Part shown: one piece after another, positions 28,121 through 37,370 of the stretch | Numbering within the stretch: position 1 is the first letter of the stretch | How the letters are laid out: each line of letters starts with the position of its first letter | Assembly (NCBI GenBank): GCA_001788925.1 | Contig: MFXS01000041.1 | Location: forward strand, 1 to 51,314 | DNA: 51,314 bases | DNA from: Candidatus Peribacteria bacterium RIFCSPHIGHO2_01_FULL_55_13 | Lineage (GTDB): Bacteria > Patescibacteriota > Gracilibacteria > Peribacterales > Peribacteraceae | Direction of reading: 5' to 3' | Made by a program: the position numbers and the translations under genes | Notes under the pieces: generated by a model | What the model was told of the DNA's origin: nothing | The model's input: the letters and a program-made list of their open reading frames with translations, nothing else | The model's database searches: none

Positions 28121-28195
28121 GGCCCCATCGTCTAACGGTTAGGACAGCGGGTTTTCAATCCGTTAACCAGAGTTCGACTCTCTGTGGGGCTGCCA
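28121..28195 (+). tRNA. tRNA-Glu (anticodon TTC)
   Basis: Cloverleaf: acceptor GGCCCCA/TGGGGCT, anticodon TTC at 28154-28156, GTTCGAC T-loop, encoded CCA. Confidence 0.95.
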
Positions 28196-28204
28196 AATTC
28201 TCTC

Positions 28205-28900
28205 TCACAGCGACTCCGTAATCTTTTGCCTCATCTGCAAAAACTGATACGAAAACTTTGCGTCGATACCGTGTAACGACGGGCGAAATTCATCAAATTC
28301 GTCGCCGAGCTTTCCGTCGGTCAGAACGATGACTCTATCTGCCAGGACGAGAGCCTCTTCAATATCGTGTGTCACGAGTACCACGGTTGTTTTATGTGCC
28401 CGCCAGACGTCGAGCAACCAAGCTTGCATCTGTTCTCGCGTGTACGCGTCCAGGGACCCGAAGGGTTCATCCATGAGGAGAACGTCGGGCCTGTGCGCGA
28501 TCGCACGGGCGATAGCAATGCGCTGCTGCTGCCCGCCCGAGAGTGCGGCAGGATATTTCTGCGCTTTGTCCTCAAGTCCCGCGAGCCGCAAACTTTCGTC
28601 GATCAGTTCTATTTTTCCCTTACTTTCCATGGTCAGTCCGAATCCGATGTTCTCCTTCGCAGTGAGCCAGGGGAAAACTGCAAACTGCTGGAATACCATG
28701 CCAATTTTTTTCGGAATATTGATCTCGCCCGAGTACGGGAGGTGTCCCGCGAGTGCATGGAGCAGCGTCGATTTTCCGACACCCGATTTTCCGACAATCG
28801 CGACAAATTCGCCAGGAGAGACCTGAAGATGAATATCTGACAAAACTTTGCGACCTCCCCGGCGCACCGTCAGATGCCGCGTCTCGATGCAATGAGTCAT
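28205..28900 (-). CDS. ABC transporter ATPase, nitrate/sulfonate/taurine type
   Basis: GKSGVGKST, LSGGQQQR, LLMDEPF, VTHDIEEA; ATGA overlap with the permease. Confidence 0.92.
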   Translation of the reverse strand: MTHCIETRHLTVRRGGRKVLSDIHLQVSPGEFVAIVGKSGVGKSTLLHALAGHLPYSGEINIPKKIGMVFQQFAVFPWLTAKENIGFGLTMESKGKIELIDESLRLAGLEDKAQKYPAALSGGQQQRIAIARAIAHRPDVLLMDEPFGSLDAYTREQMQAWLLDVWRAHKTTVVLVTHDIEEALVLADRVIVLTDGKLGDEFDEFRPSLHGIDAKFSYQFLQMRQKITESL

Positions 28901-29661
28901 TGATGGAGAGAAAGCCATGGAAAGAGACGCAGAACTGTTCTCGTGAATACGCGATCACAGAGCGCACTGAACAAGGCAAGAACGACCAGCCCCGCCATCA
29001 TTTGATCAACGCGATACGCTAGTTGCGTAATGGAGATGCGATAGCCAAGACCACTTTGTGCTCCTGCAAGCTCGGAAACGAATACCATGATGAATGCGGT
29101 CGAGATCGCTGTGCGAACACCTGCAACGATGAACGGTAGCGCTGCAGGGAGAACAACGCGCGAGAATATTGTGAACTTCGATCGTGTCAGTAGCTCCGCG
29201 CTCCACAGGTACTCCTGCACAACGCGTTGAGCACCGATGTGAGTGTTGAGCCAAACAGGAAAAAACACCGCGAGGGCGATCGAGAAAATCTTCGCCGCGT
29301 CGTCAATGCCAAGCCAAACAATGACGATCGGGATGATCGCGACCGGTGGCAGTGGTCTGAGGAAGTTGATAGCGGGCGACATGACGCTATCCAGCGTTTG
29401 CATTCTGCCTGTCAGAAGCCCTGTAGAAACTCCCAAGAGGATTCCGATGCTTAAGCCTGCCAATACGCGCCAGAGGCTCACTGCAGCGTCCACGATAAGG
29501 ACTCCGTTTCGGATCAACTCCCAGAGTGCGAGTGCAACAAGCGACGGTGGGGGAAAGAGCAACGGATTGATCACCGCCGAGCGCGATATAATCTCCCAAA
29601 CGAACAGCAACGCGACGACGGGAGCACAGAGTAGGCCGATGCGTTTCACATGTGCGCTCAT
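28897..29661 (-). CDS. ABC transporter permease, SsuC/TauC type
   Basis: FPPPS, SLWRV, LRPLPPVA, VVLPAALP, SGLG. Confidence 0.92.
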   Translation of the reverse strand: MSAHVKRIGLLCAPVVALLFVWEIISRSAVINPLLFPPPSLVALALWELIRNGVLIVDAAVSLWRVLAGLSIGILLGVSTGLLTGRMQTLDSVMSPAINFLRPLPPVAIIPIVIVWLGIDDAAKIFSIALAVFFPVWLNTHIGAQRVVQEYLWSAELLTRSKFTIFSRVVLPAALPFIVAGVRTAISTAFIMVFVSELAGAQSGLGYRISITQLAYRVDQMMAGLVVLALFSALCDRVFTRTVLRLFPWLSLHQ

Positions 29662-30653
29662 AGAGCGACACGTTCGGGAGCGATGCTTTTGAGCGGGTCC
29701 GTGAGAAGGTACGAGCGGAAGTCGGGAACGTTCGTCGTTGCCGCCGCCTTGCCCGTTTCCTTTGCCCAGAGAACTTCCCTGTTCCAGTATTCAAGGAGCT
29801 GCGGCGTGAGGGTGATACGGAAATCGAAACTGGACCAGATACCGTCGATCGTTGCGCGATCGAGACTCGTATACTTCATCACGATTTTTTTCGACTCATC
29901 GGGCGATGCCTGTACAAATTTCTCCGCAGCGATCAATCCCTTTAGTAACTTCTCGACAGTCTCGGGATTCTCGCGTGAGTCCTCGTGTGCTTCGAGAACG
30001 TAAAGCTCGGAATAGATACTGTCGTCGGTGAACGTCGCTGCCTTATTTCCAAGCTGCTTTTCGGCGATGAATGCGAACGGGTCGAAGATGGCAACGGCAT
30101 CGATGCTTCCGCCCACGAGTGCTGCAGGCATGTCGCCTGGCTTCTGACTGACGATCTCTATGTTCTCAGGGGGGATACCAAGCTTCTTCAAAAATTCATA
30201 CGTAAAGAACTCGGGCCCGCCACCGATTGATGTCGCGAGCTTCCGCTTTTTTGCTCCGAAGTATTCTTTGGCTGATCCCGCATGGTCATCACGCCGCACG
30301 ACAACGCGCACCTCGTTTACAGTCCTGCCGACGAGCTGGGCTGGTACGACGAATTTGTGTCCCTGGAGTGCCGCGAGTAGTGGTGGAACATCGCCCGAGA
30401 TTGCGAAGTCGAGGGACCCCGCTAAAAACGCTTCAAGGGCAAATTTACCTGCGGTAAACTCTTTCAGTTCGACATCGAGTCCCTGCGCTTGGAACAAGCC
30501 CTTATCCTGTGCGACCATGACGAGCGCCATCGCGGGGGACGTTTGAATGCCGATAGTCACCTGCTTCGGGGGTACGCTCCCGACGAGCGACTCCTGACAG
30601 GCAACAAGAGACAGGCAAAGCGCGGATAGAACGATGGGCGTTATACGACGCAT
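29658..30653 (-). CDS. ABC substrate-binding lipoprotein, SsuA/TauA/NMT1 type
   Basis: Lipobox LVAC, GLDVELKEF, ALVGGSIDA....DP. Confidence 0.88.
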   Translation of the reverse strand: MRRITPIVLSALCLSLVACQESLVGSVPPKQVTIGIQTSPAMALVMVAQDKGLFQAQGLDVELKEFTAGKFALEAFLAGSLDFAISGDVPPLLAALQGHKFVVPAQLVGRTVNEVRVVVRRDDHAGSAKEYFGAKKRKLATSIGGGPEFFTYEFLKKLGIPPENIEIVSQKPGDMPAALVGGSIDAVAIFDPFAFIAEKQLGNKAATFTDDSIYSELYVLEAHEDSRENPETVEKLLKGLIAAEKFVQASPDESKKIVMKYTSLDRATIDGIWSSFDFRITLTPQLLEYWNREVLWAKETGKAAATTNVPDFRSYLLTDPLKSIAPERVAL

Positions 30654-30671
30654 AGAGGGAGAGTGGTAATA

Positions 30672-30755
30672 TGTCGCATAGAAACGACACAGAAGACAGA
30701 ACATTGATTTTATTGTTATTTGGACTATAATAAATGGTGTCGTCGTGTCACGACA
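30672..30755. promoter_or_regulatory. Divergent promoter region with two TGTCG-N8-CGACA palindromes
   Basis: Copies at 30672-30689 and 30738-30755 flank TTGATT-16-TATAAT (30704-30731). Confidence 0.7.
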
Positions 30756-30760
30756 ACAAT

Positions 30761-31594
30761 ATGTCTACATCTCTCAATGACATCCTGATTTCTCTCGGTT
30801 TCACCTCTGAGGAAATTCGCGTGTACTCCGCACTCCTTGAGCACGGGACGACAGCCGCAGGAGCACTCTCGAAAAAACTGGGAGTGGTACGATCCTCTCT
30901 CTACGGAATTCTCAAACGCTTACAGGATGGCGGACTCATCACGCAGTCACAACGAGGAGGGGTGAAATTGTTCAGCGCGCAGGAACCTGAAACAATCTCA
31001 TTATTATTCGATCAGAAAATCGGAGAGCTGCAGCAGAAGCAGGAAATCTATAAAACGCTCCTACCGATATTGAGACAGAAGCGAACGGCAAGTCTGCTGA
31101 AGCCCACCTTCCAGTTATTCGAGGGCGAGGAGGGTATGCGGAATATTTTGAGAGACATGCTGCTGTACCGCGATATAGAGACGCAGGCGTTCTGGCCGAT
31201 TAAGCAGATGGTGGATGTGCTTTCTCCAGATTACTTCCGGTATCTCAATAAAATACGCATTGAAAGCAATCTCTATACGCGTGCAATCTGGCCGCAGAAG
31301 CAGATGGTGGATGTCACGAAGCACCCGTACCTTGGCGTAGGGGATGAATTCCGGCGTGAAATCCGTATCGCACCTCCCGAGATCGATTGCTCGATGGGAT
31401 ATTGGATCTATGGGAACAAAGTGGCGTTCATTTCCTCGCGTCGCGAGGCGTTCGGATTCATCATCGAAAGTCGAGAGCTTGCCGAAATGCTACTCACACA
31501 ATTTGAAGTCATCTGGAAACTTTCACAGCCTCTCCGGGTTAATGCTGAGACTACAAAAGCTTTTCTGAAGGAAGTACGGACAAAAAGACGCTGA
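30761..31594 (+). CDS. TrmB-family transcriptional regulator
   Basis: LGFTSEEIRVYSALL...RSSLYGILKRLQDGGLI, FEGEEG, IYGNKVAFIS. Confidence 0.88.
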   Translation: MSTSLNDILISLGFTSEEIRVYSALLEHGTTAAGALSKKLGVVRSSLYGILKRLQDGGLITQSQRGGVKLFSAQEPETISLLFDQKIGELQQKQEIYKTLLPILRQKRTASLLKPTFQLFEGEEGMRNILRDMLLYRDIETQAFWPIKQMVDVLSPDYFRYLNKIRIESNLYTRAIWPQKQMVDVTKHPYLGVGDEFRREIRIAPPEIDCSMGYWIYGNKVAFISSRREAFGFIIESRELAEMLLTQFEVIWKLSQPLRVNAETTKAFLKEVRTKRR

Positions 31595-31625
31595 CATTCT
31601 TCTGGGTAGAAGCAGGAGATCCCTC

Positions 31626-31775
31626 CTACACCACCCCCGCCAGCTTCAGCAGCATCACCAGCGCGACGACGCCGATGACGATGTAACCGATCTGCTTCAG
31701 CTTTCCGTCCATCGGAATGTAGTTGAAGATCAAAGCGACAATGAGAAGAACGATAAATGGTGTGATGGCACCCAT
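31626..31775 (-). CDS. 49-aa two-TM small membrane protein (not in ORF track)
   Basis: MGAITPFIVLLIVALIFNYIPMDGKLKQIGYIVIGVVALVMLLKLAGVV; strong third-position GC bias. Confidence 0.72.
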   Translation of the reverse strand: MGAITPFIVLLIVALIFNYIPMDGKLKQIGYIVIGVVALVMLLKLAGVV

Positions 31776-32010
31776 AGAGGAAGGGGGAGATGATGTGGTT
31801 TCAATAATGGAGACGCCCCAAAGATGTATGCATTACACGTATCATCTAGATTCCATGTCCTCTATCCTGAGGAGCTGTAATAGAGGCATGGGATACGCGT
31901 CATAGCAACGATCCCCCAGAAGACCCTCTCTACCCTCCTCCTCCAAGAGCACCCTGCGCAAAACAACCCATATCTCCGCGCCCGATACCATAGCCCTCAA
32001 GCTGAAAGTT

Positions 32011-33348
32011 TTGGCGAAGAAAACGGAGGATGTCCGGCGGAAGCTTGCGATAACGGCAAAAAAGCTTCGTATCAAGGCTGCTGAACTCGCGGTGACCGCC
32101 AGGGAGAAAGAGAATGTCCGGCGGAAGCTGGTGGTGACGGCAGCGAAACTCCACCGGAAAGCAAAAGAACTCGCGGTGACTGCCAGGGAGAAAGAGGATG
32201 TCCGGCGGAAGCTGGTGGTGACGGCAAAGAAACTCAAAGTATCACGCGAAACACTGGAGAAGAAAATTCTGGAACGCACCAAAGACCTGGACCAGAGCCG
32301 GGTGAAATGTGAGGCGATCTTAGCGAGTATCGGCGACGGGATCGTGGTGGCGGACAAAGAAGGAAAGATCACGTACGTCAATAAAACCTTTGAGGATATG
32401 GTCGGTTGGAAAACAAAAAATGTTCTGGGGAAATATATGGTGGAAGTCGTGCCCCGCGAGGATGAAAAAGGCGAGGTCGTGCTCTTGAAAGAGAGAATAT
32501 TGTCCCAGGTCCTCTCCGGAGAGAGGGTGATCGCCGATGTCACCCAACCCTTTTACTACATCCGCAAAAACAAGAGCCGGTTCCCCGCAAGCAGCATCGT
32601 CACGCCGATATTGCTTTCGGGAGAGATCATCGGGATCGTGGAAACGTTCCGGGATATCACAAAGGAAAAAAATATCGACAAGGCGAAAACGGAATTCGTG
32701 TCTCTGGCCAGCCACCAGCTCCGCACCCCGCTCACATCCATCCGGTGGGCTCTGGCGAGCCTGAAACGAGACCGTCTCCCCGACGAACAGAACTATGTGG
32801 TGAGCGGCGCACACGAAGCGGCCGCGCAAATGGCTGCGACGATCAATAAGATGTTGATGATTTCCCGTATCGAAATGGGCGGCATTGATCAAAAAAGGAC
32901 GCATGTATCCCTGCAGACGGTCATCGGGAAGGTCGTCCGGCTTTTTGACGGCGACCGCGAGAGGCATGCACTGGAACTCGCGGTGGAGTGCCCGCGGCAG
33001 CTGCGTGCCCGGGTAGACGAGCAGCTGCTCATCGAAATTCTCAGTAATCTCCTCAACAATGCCTATAACTACACGCCAAAGGGAGGAAAAGTGACCATAC
33101 GCGCCGCTCAGGAAGACGAAATGATCCGCATCGATGTTACGGATACGGGCTATGGCATCCCGCAAGCCGAACAAGGAAGAATCGCCGAGAAATTCTTCCG
33201 TGCTTCCAATGTTGCCAGCCGGGAAGAAGCGGGCACCGGCATAGGACTCTACATGGTATACAATATTGCACGTCTCATTGGCGGGACGATCTCGTTTGTC
33301 TCGGAGGAGAACAAGGGCACCACGTTCACGCTTCTTTTTCCTTCTTAA
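32011..33348 (+). CDS. Cytoplasmic PAS-domain histidine kinase (start uncertain)
   Basis: PAS (SIGDGIVV...FRDIT), H-box SHQLRTPL, N-box NLLNNA, G-boxes DTGYGI and GTGIGL. Confidence 0.92.
   Translation: MAKKTEDVRRKLAITAKKLRIKAAELAVTAREKENVRRKLVVTAAKLHRKAKELAVTAREKEDVRRKLVVTAKKLKVSRETLEKKILERTKDLDQSRVKCEAILASIGDGIVVADKEGKITYVNKTFEDMVGWKTKNVLGKYMVEVVPREDEKGEVVLLKERILSQVLSGERVIADVTQPFYYIRKNKSRFPASSIVTPILLSGEIIGIVETFRDITKEKNIDKAKTEFVSLASHQLRTPLTSIRWALASLKRDRLPDEQNYVVSGAHEAAAQMAATINKMLMISRIEMGGIDQKRTHVSLQTVIGKVVRLFDGDRERHALELAVECPRQLRARVDEQLLIEILSNLLNNAYNYTPKGGKVTIRAAQEDEMIRIDVTDTGYGIPQAEQGRIAEKFFRASNVASREEAGTGIGLYMVYNIARLIGGTISFVSEENKGTTFTLLFPS
32026..32232 (+). repeat. 84-bp (28-aa) in-frame tandem repeat, about 2.5 copies
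   Basis: GTCCGGCGGAAGCT recurs at 32032, 32116 and 32200. Confidence 0.9.
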
Positions 33349-33353
33349 CCCCT

Positions 33354-33725
33354 ATGCGTATCGAACATAAGCATGTCCTGATCGCGGAGGATGACAAATT
33401 CCTCGCTGGTGTCGTGGGGAAATTCTTGAGCGCCCAGGGGCTCCAGGTCACGATCGCCCATGACGGGCGGGAAGCGGTGGAGATCATGGAAAAAACCCTG
33501 CCGCACCTGCTGCTCCTCGATATTCTTCTGCCGGTACTGGACGGCCACGGTGTGCTGAAGATCTTACAGGGAAAAAAAATAGACTGCCCTGTCATCGTGA
33601 TGTCCAACCTCAGCGACAAGCTGGTCCAGAAGAAATGCAAAGACATGCAGGTAAAAGCGTATTTTGTGAAAAGTGATCTCGATGAAGCGACGCTCCTTCC
33701 CGCAATCAAGAAGTTTTTGCGTTAG
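33354..33725 (+). CDS. Single-domain response regulator
   Basis: LIAEDD, LLLLDILLP.LDG, SN, VK. Confidence 0.92.
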   Translation: MRIEHKHVLIAEDDKFLAGVVGKFLSAQGLQVTIAHDGREAVEIMEKTLPHLLLLDILLPVLDGHGVLKILQGKKIDCPVIVMSNLSDKLVQKKCKDMQVKAYFVKSDLDEATLLPAIKKFLR

Positions 33726-33773
33726 TCGGCAAACAGGCCATCCCCTTTTATTTCTCACTCCCCCACCACTGCC

Positions 33774-34145
33774 ATGACTACGAAAAGCAGGCACGTTCTC
33801 ATCGCAGAAGATGCCAAGTTCATCGGCGATATCATGGGGAAAATCATCCGGCAGCACGGTGTACGGGTCACGATCGCGCGCAACGGGCAGGAGGCGCTGG
33901 AAGCCCTGGAAAAGGAATTGCCGGATCTCCTGCTCTTGGACCTCCTCATGCCGGTGCTGGACGGCCACGGCGTACTGCTGGCCATGAAGAAAAAGAAGTT
34001 GCACTGCCCCGTCATCGTCGTCTCCAATATCAGCGACAAGAAGACGCGGGACAAGTGCAAGGGAATGAACGTGAAGGCGTACTTCGTAAAGAGCGATATG
34101 GACGATGACGAGCTCTGGCACGCGATTGAGAAATATCTCCCGTAG
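33774..34145 (+). CDS. Single-domain response regulator, tandem paralogue
   Basis: LIAEDA, LLLLDLLMP.LDG; clearly similar to 33354-33725. Confidence 0.92.
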   Translation: MTTKSRHVLIAEDAKFIGDIMGKIIRQHGVRVTIARNGQEALEALEKELPDLLLLDLLMPVLDGHGVLLAMKKKKLHCPVIVVSNISDKKTRDKCKGMNVKAYFVKSDMDDDELWHAIEKYLP

Positions 34146-34174
34146 GGGCGCTGCTCTGCGGGATGCGAAGAGTC

Positions 34175-34678
34175 TTACCGTGTGATGATCGGGGCATCGT
34201 CCAACAGCAATCGCAGACTCTGAAGCCCCCGGAAAATACGGACGGAGACTGTGTTCGCATTTTCTCCGGTCTTGCGTGCGATTTCCGCCGGATGCAGTCC
34301 AAGGAGAAAACGGTCATGCAGCACCTGCCGGTACGGACGCGGCATTGTGCGAAGTTTCCGCATCGGCCTCTCGGCGTCCAGCCGGCTGTACGTCTGATGC
34401 CAGAGGTCGACTGAGGGGGCGAATCCCTCCTCCAGAAGCAGGTCGAGCGAGGCTTCCCTCTTCCGGCGCGCATGGTCGATGATGAGATTGTGCGCGATGC
34501 GGTAGAGGAAAGCGCGTTCATGGAGAATCGTGTCTTTCCGCTGCAGGCAGAGCCAGAAACGGAGAAAGGTATCCTGCGTGAGGTCTTTGGCCGTCTCACG
34601 ATCTCTGCATCGCTTGGCGCAGTAGCGGAAGATGGCGTCCTGATAGAGGTCGTGAAAGGCGATGAAATCGTGCGTCAT
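34175..34678 (-). CDS. ECF RNA polymerase sigma factor
   Basis: DLTQDTFLR.W, AFLYRIAHNLIID, EIA...G...NTVSVRIFRG. Confidence 0.9.
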   Translation of the reverse strand: MTHDFIAFHDLYQDAIFRYCAKRCRDRETAKDLTQDTFLRFWLCLQRKDTILHERAFLYRIAHNLIIDHARRKREASLDLLLEEGFAPSVDLWHQTYSRLDAERPMRKLRTMPRPYRQVLHDRFLLGLHPAEIARKTGENANTVSVRIFRGLQSLRLLLDDAPIITR

Positions 34679-34708
34679 AAAAAGGGGGTGAATTGCAGAA
34701 ATGAGGGT

Positions 34709-35236
34709 CTATTGCCGAGCGACCTCGCGCAGCCTGTTTTGTTCGTCGACGGAAGCGATGATAGACCGGCGGCTTGGCCTGCCTTCATACGTGTGAGAGA
34801 CGGGGACGAGATCAACCATCGCGACCGTGGAGACCGTGGGCGAAGGGCGCGGCGCAGGAGCCGGCGTATTGTTCGTAGACGGATCAAGCTGCGAGAGGCC
34901 GTCGAGCGAGACCGGAAGAGTATGGAACTGGCGGTGCATCATGTTCCTCTCCTGATAAAAGATGCGACGGATATCCTCATAGGCGATCGTGCCGCGTTCG
35001 GGCCGATGATCAGAAAGCCAAGTGAGGAGCGCTGCGGCGCCGTCGCGGTGATACTGGCGATGAACGGCCGTTCCGAGGGTGCTGGTAGAGTGGAGCGTTG
35101 CCCACTCGGGACTCGGGCCCTCGTAAAAACCGTTATCGGGCTGATTCGTGGTCACGACGACTGCAGCAAGCGCCGGTGAAACCGTAGAAGCCAACAAGGC
35201 TGCGGACATGCCGATGGTAACGATGCGATGCTTCAT
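34709..35236 (-). CDS. Secreted hypothetical protein
   Basis: Signal peptide ending PALA; His/Arg-containing helical core; Pro-rich linker. Confidence 0.75.
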   Translation of the reverse strand: MKHRIVTIGMSAALLASTVSPALAAVVVTTNQPDNGFYEGPSPEWATLHSTSTLGTAVHRQYHRDGAAALLTWLSDHRPERGTIAYEDIRRIFYQERNMMHRQFHTLPVSLDGLSQLDPSTNNTPAPAPRPSPTVSTVAMVDLVPVSHTYEGRPSRRSIIASVDEQNRLREVARQ

Positions 35237-35556
35237 AAAACTGGGGAGTAGGGATGGATAAAAAGGGAAATAGAGAGCGCTTAGAAGAGATCTGCCTTTT
35301 GGACATCAGCCGGGATGGCACCGGAACCAAATGTTTCTGGAAACGTTTGCTGATGAATCGCGGGGAACCATGGTTTCTGTGCGTCGGAGAACCGCCGGGT
35401 AGGGAGAAGCGAAGAACGATAGGAACGACAGATGTGCATAGACTGCGGGGGGAAGGAACCGCAACAATGGGCGTATGGTTTTTTTACGCAAGAGCATGCC
35501 GAATACACCAAGTCGCCTATCGGCACACCTTCTGTACGCGTTTGGACGCCGGACGT

Positions 35557-36441
35557 TTACCTATCAGAATGCACCTCTTTCCCCACCCATGTTGTCAGGA
35601 AATCTGCGGGCATGAAACCGATGATGTTCTGCGCCTGCCGATCAGGATCAAGAGATCGGTTGTTGTACTTCCACTCAAGCTCCTTGAGAAAGAAACCGGT
35701 GTCGCGCTTCCACATGCCTGTACGGACGTGTGCCCGCTCCTGAATCCATCTCCACAGTTTCTCGGCATTGTCCTTCAGCCCGTCCGCCTTCGCAGAGCGG
35801 TGCAATTTGCCGCAACAGATGAATCCTGCATAGTCCTCAGCGCCTCCCAGGACCATGTGTATCGAACCAAGCGGATCAAAGTGGAGTGCGGCATCATCAT
35901 CACCCAAGGGATCGATGGTGACGGTATCGCTGGCGCCGATCCGCACACCAAACACCGGCGGCTGTTCTTTGTCGGCACCGCGTCTTTTACTCTTGCACCA
36001 TCTGCACCGGGAACGTTCATGGACTACCTGGATATCCCCCGAATGTTTCGAGAGCAATCGCCACTGTCCGGGAGACAAATGTGTTTCCGTCAGGAGTCTG
36101 CGGAAGTGATCGTAGTACAGTGCGACCAGCCGGTAGCGGTGATAGGTAATCTGTGCCGCCTGGCGTTCCGAAAAATCGAGGCAGAAGCAGAGCAGGATCT
36201 CCGCACATTGCTGCAATTTGTTCCCTTCGCTCACTTTATGGATACGAAACTTCTTCCCGCACATGGTGCATTTCCTCCGCCCGTCTCCCAATGTGTTCAA
36301 TCTGGTCCGTATGCCACACTCCGGGCATAGTAAGTGCCGCGAGGCGTCGCTTTGCGTGGGACGCACCTTTTCCTTGAGGTGCGGTAGAAGAGTATCTGCA
36401 TTAATAATCATCAGAAGAGCAAAGGGAGACACTTTGACCAC
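35557..36441 (-). mobile_element. IS1595-family transposase-derived protein, apparently catalytically degenerate
   Basis: N-terminal CPEC...CTMC zinc ribbon, HTH, KRRG...PVFG, and C-terminal FLKELEWKYNNR typical of IS1595 transposases; no terminal inverted repeats seen. Confidence 0.7.
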
Positions 36442-36522
36442 TCAATGTAGTCCATTTCAGGAAAAAATGAGAGGAAATAACTCTTGATCGACAAAAATGC
36501 ATAGGGTGTTGCTACATGTATC

Positions 36523-37362
36523 TCAGCGGACAAACGCCGGCTGCATCGTCCTGGGGCTGTATCCCATCATGTACTTTGCATACACCCGCAAACGATCGGT
36601 GAGGAGACGCCGGTCGGACGTAAAGACGGCAGCGTGCTCCGCGGTACTGCAGGAAACAGGACCGAAGCTTCTCAACTTTTTCATGAGCGAAGCCCCCTCC
36701 GCATAGCGGCTGCGGGAATCGTACCCGCCCGCCGCCAGCGCGGCATCGCGCCGAAACCAGGAATTCGCTTCCGCGAGCCCGAAGACAAACGTCTCTCCCT
36801 GTACCGAGCGGGAAAGATTCTGCAGCTGGATGCACAGCTGATACCAGGACGATTCCCCAAGGGGATGAACCCATCCGAATCCTCCCGCAAGCCCGGGATG
36901 CAACCGCCACTCGGCGGCGATGGTATTCAGCCAGTCGGGATGATGAAGCGTGTCACCGTCGGTCGTAACGACGATAGAACCGCGTGCGGCCAGCAAACCT
37001 TCCTGCCGGGCGCCGCCTACACCGCCCTGGCGCCGGTGGATCACCCGAAAGCCCGCGCTCTCCGCTATGCGTTGGGTGAGATTACCCATCGGCTCTCCGT
37101 TGGAGACAATGATGAACTCGGCGCTCTGGTTTGTCTGCTCCGCGAGGGATCGCAGCGTCGCCAGCAGATACCGCGTCTCCTTGTGAACCGGAACGATGAC
37201 GGAGAACATGGGCGGGCCACGCAGGACGTGACGACGCTGCATCCGTCCGCGGACCTGTGCGCATTTTGCGGCGCACTCCGCAGAGGAAAATGTTCCAACG
37301 CCGAACTCTTCCAGGTTACGGACGCGCTCGGGGGGGCCGAAGGAGGACAAAAGAAAAGACAT
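36523..37362 (-). CDS. Glycosyltransferase family 2
   Basis: FSVIVPVHKE, EFIIVSNG, ARQEG, TTDGD. Confidence 0.88.
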   Translation of the reverse strand: MSFLLSSFGPPERVRNLEEFGVGTFSSAECAAKCAQVRGRMQRRHVLRGPPMFSVIVPVHKETRYLLATLRSLAEQTNQSAEFIIVSNGEPMGNLTQRIAESAGFRVIHRRQGGVGGARQEGLLAARGSIVVTTDGDTLHHPDWLNTIAAEWRLHPGLAGGFGWVHPLGESSWYQLCIQLQNLSRSVQGETFVFGLAEANSWFRRDAALAAGGYDSRSRYAEGASLMKKLRSFGPVSCSTAEHAAVFTSDRRLLTDRLRVYAKYMMGYSPRTMQPAFVR

Positions 37363-37370
37363 GGAAAAAA

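Noticed and set aside
18217-30731. Apparent preference for 16-bp promoter spacers (four cases)
   Set aside because: Other promoters here have 17 or 18 bp, and the sample is small and hand-picked.
35240-35500. Riboswitch or small ORF upstream of the secreted protein at 35236
   Set aside because: Some pairing (ATCAGC/GCTGAT) and a short ORF exist, but there is no recognisable aptamer consensus or coding signal.
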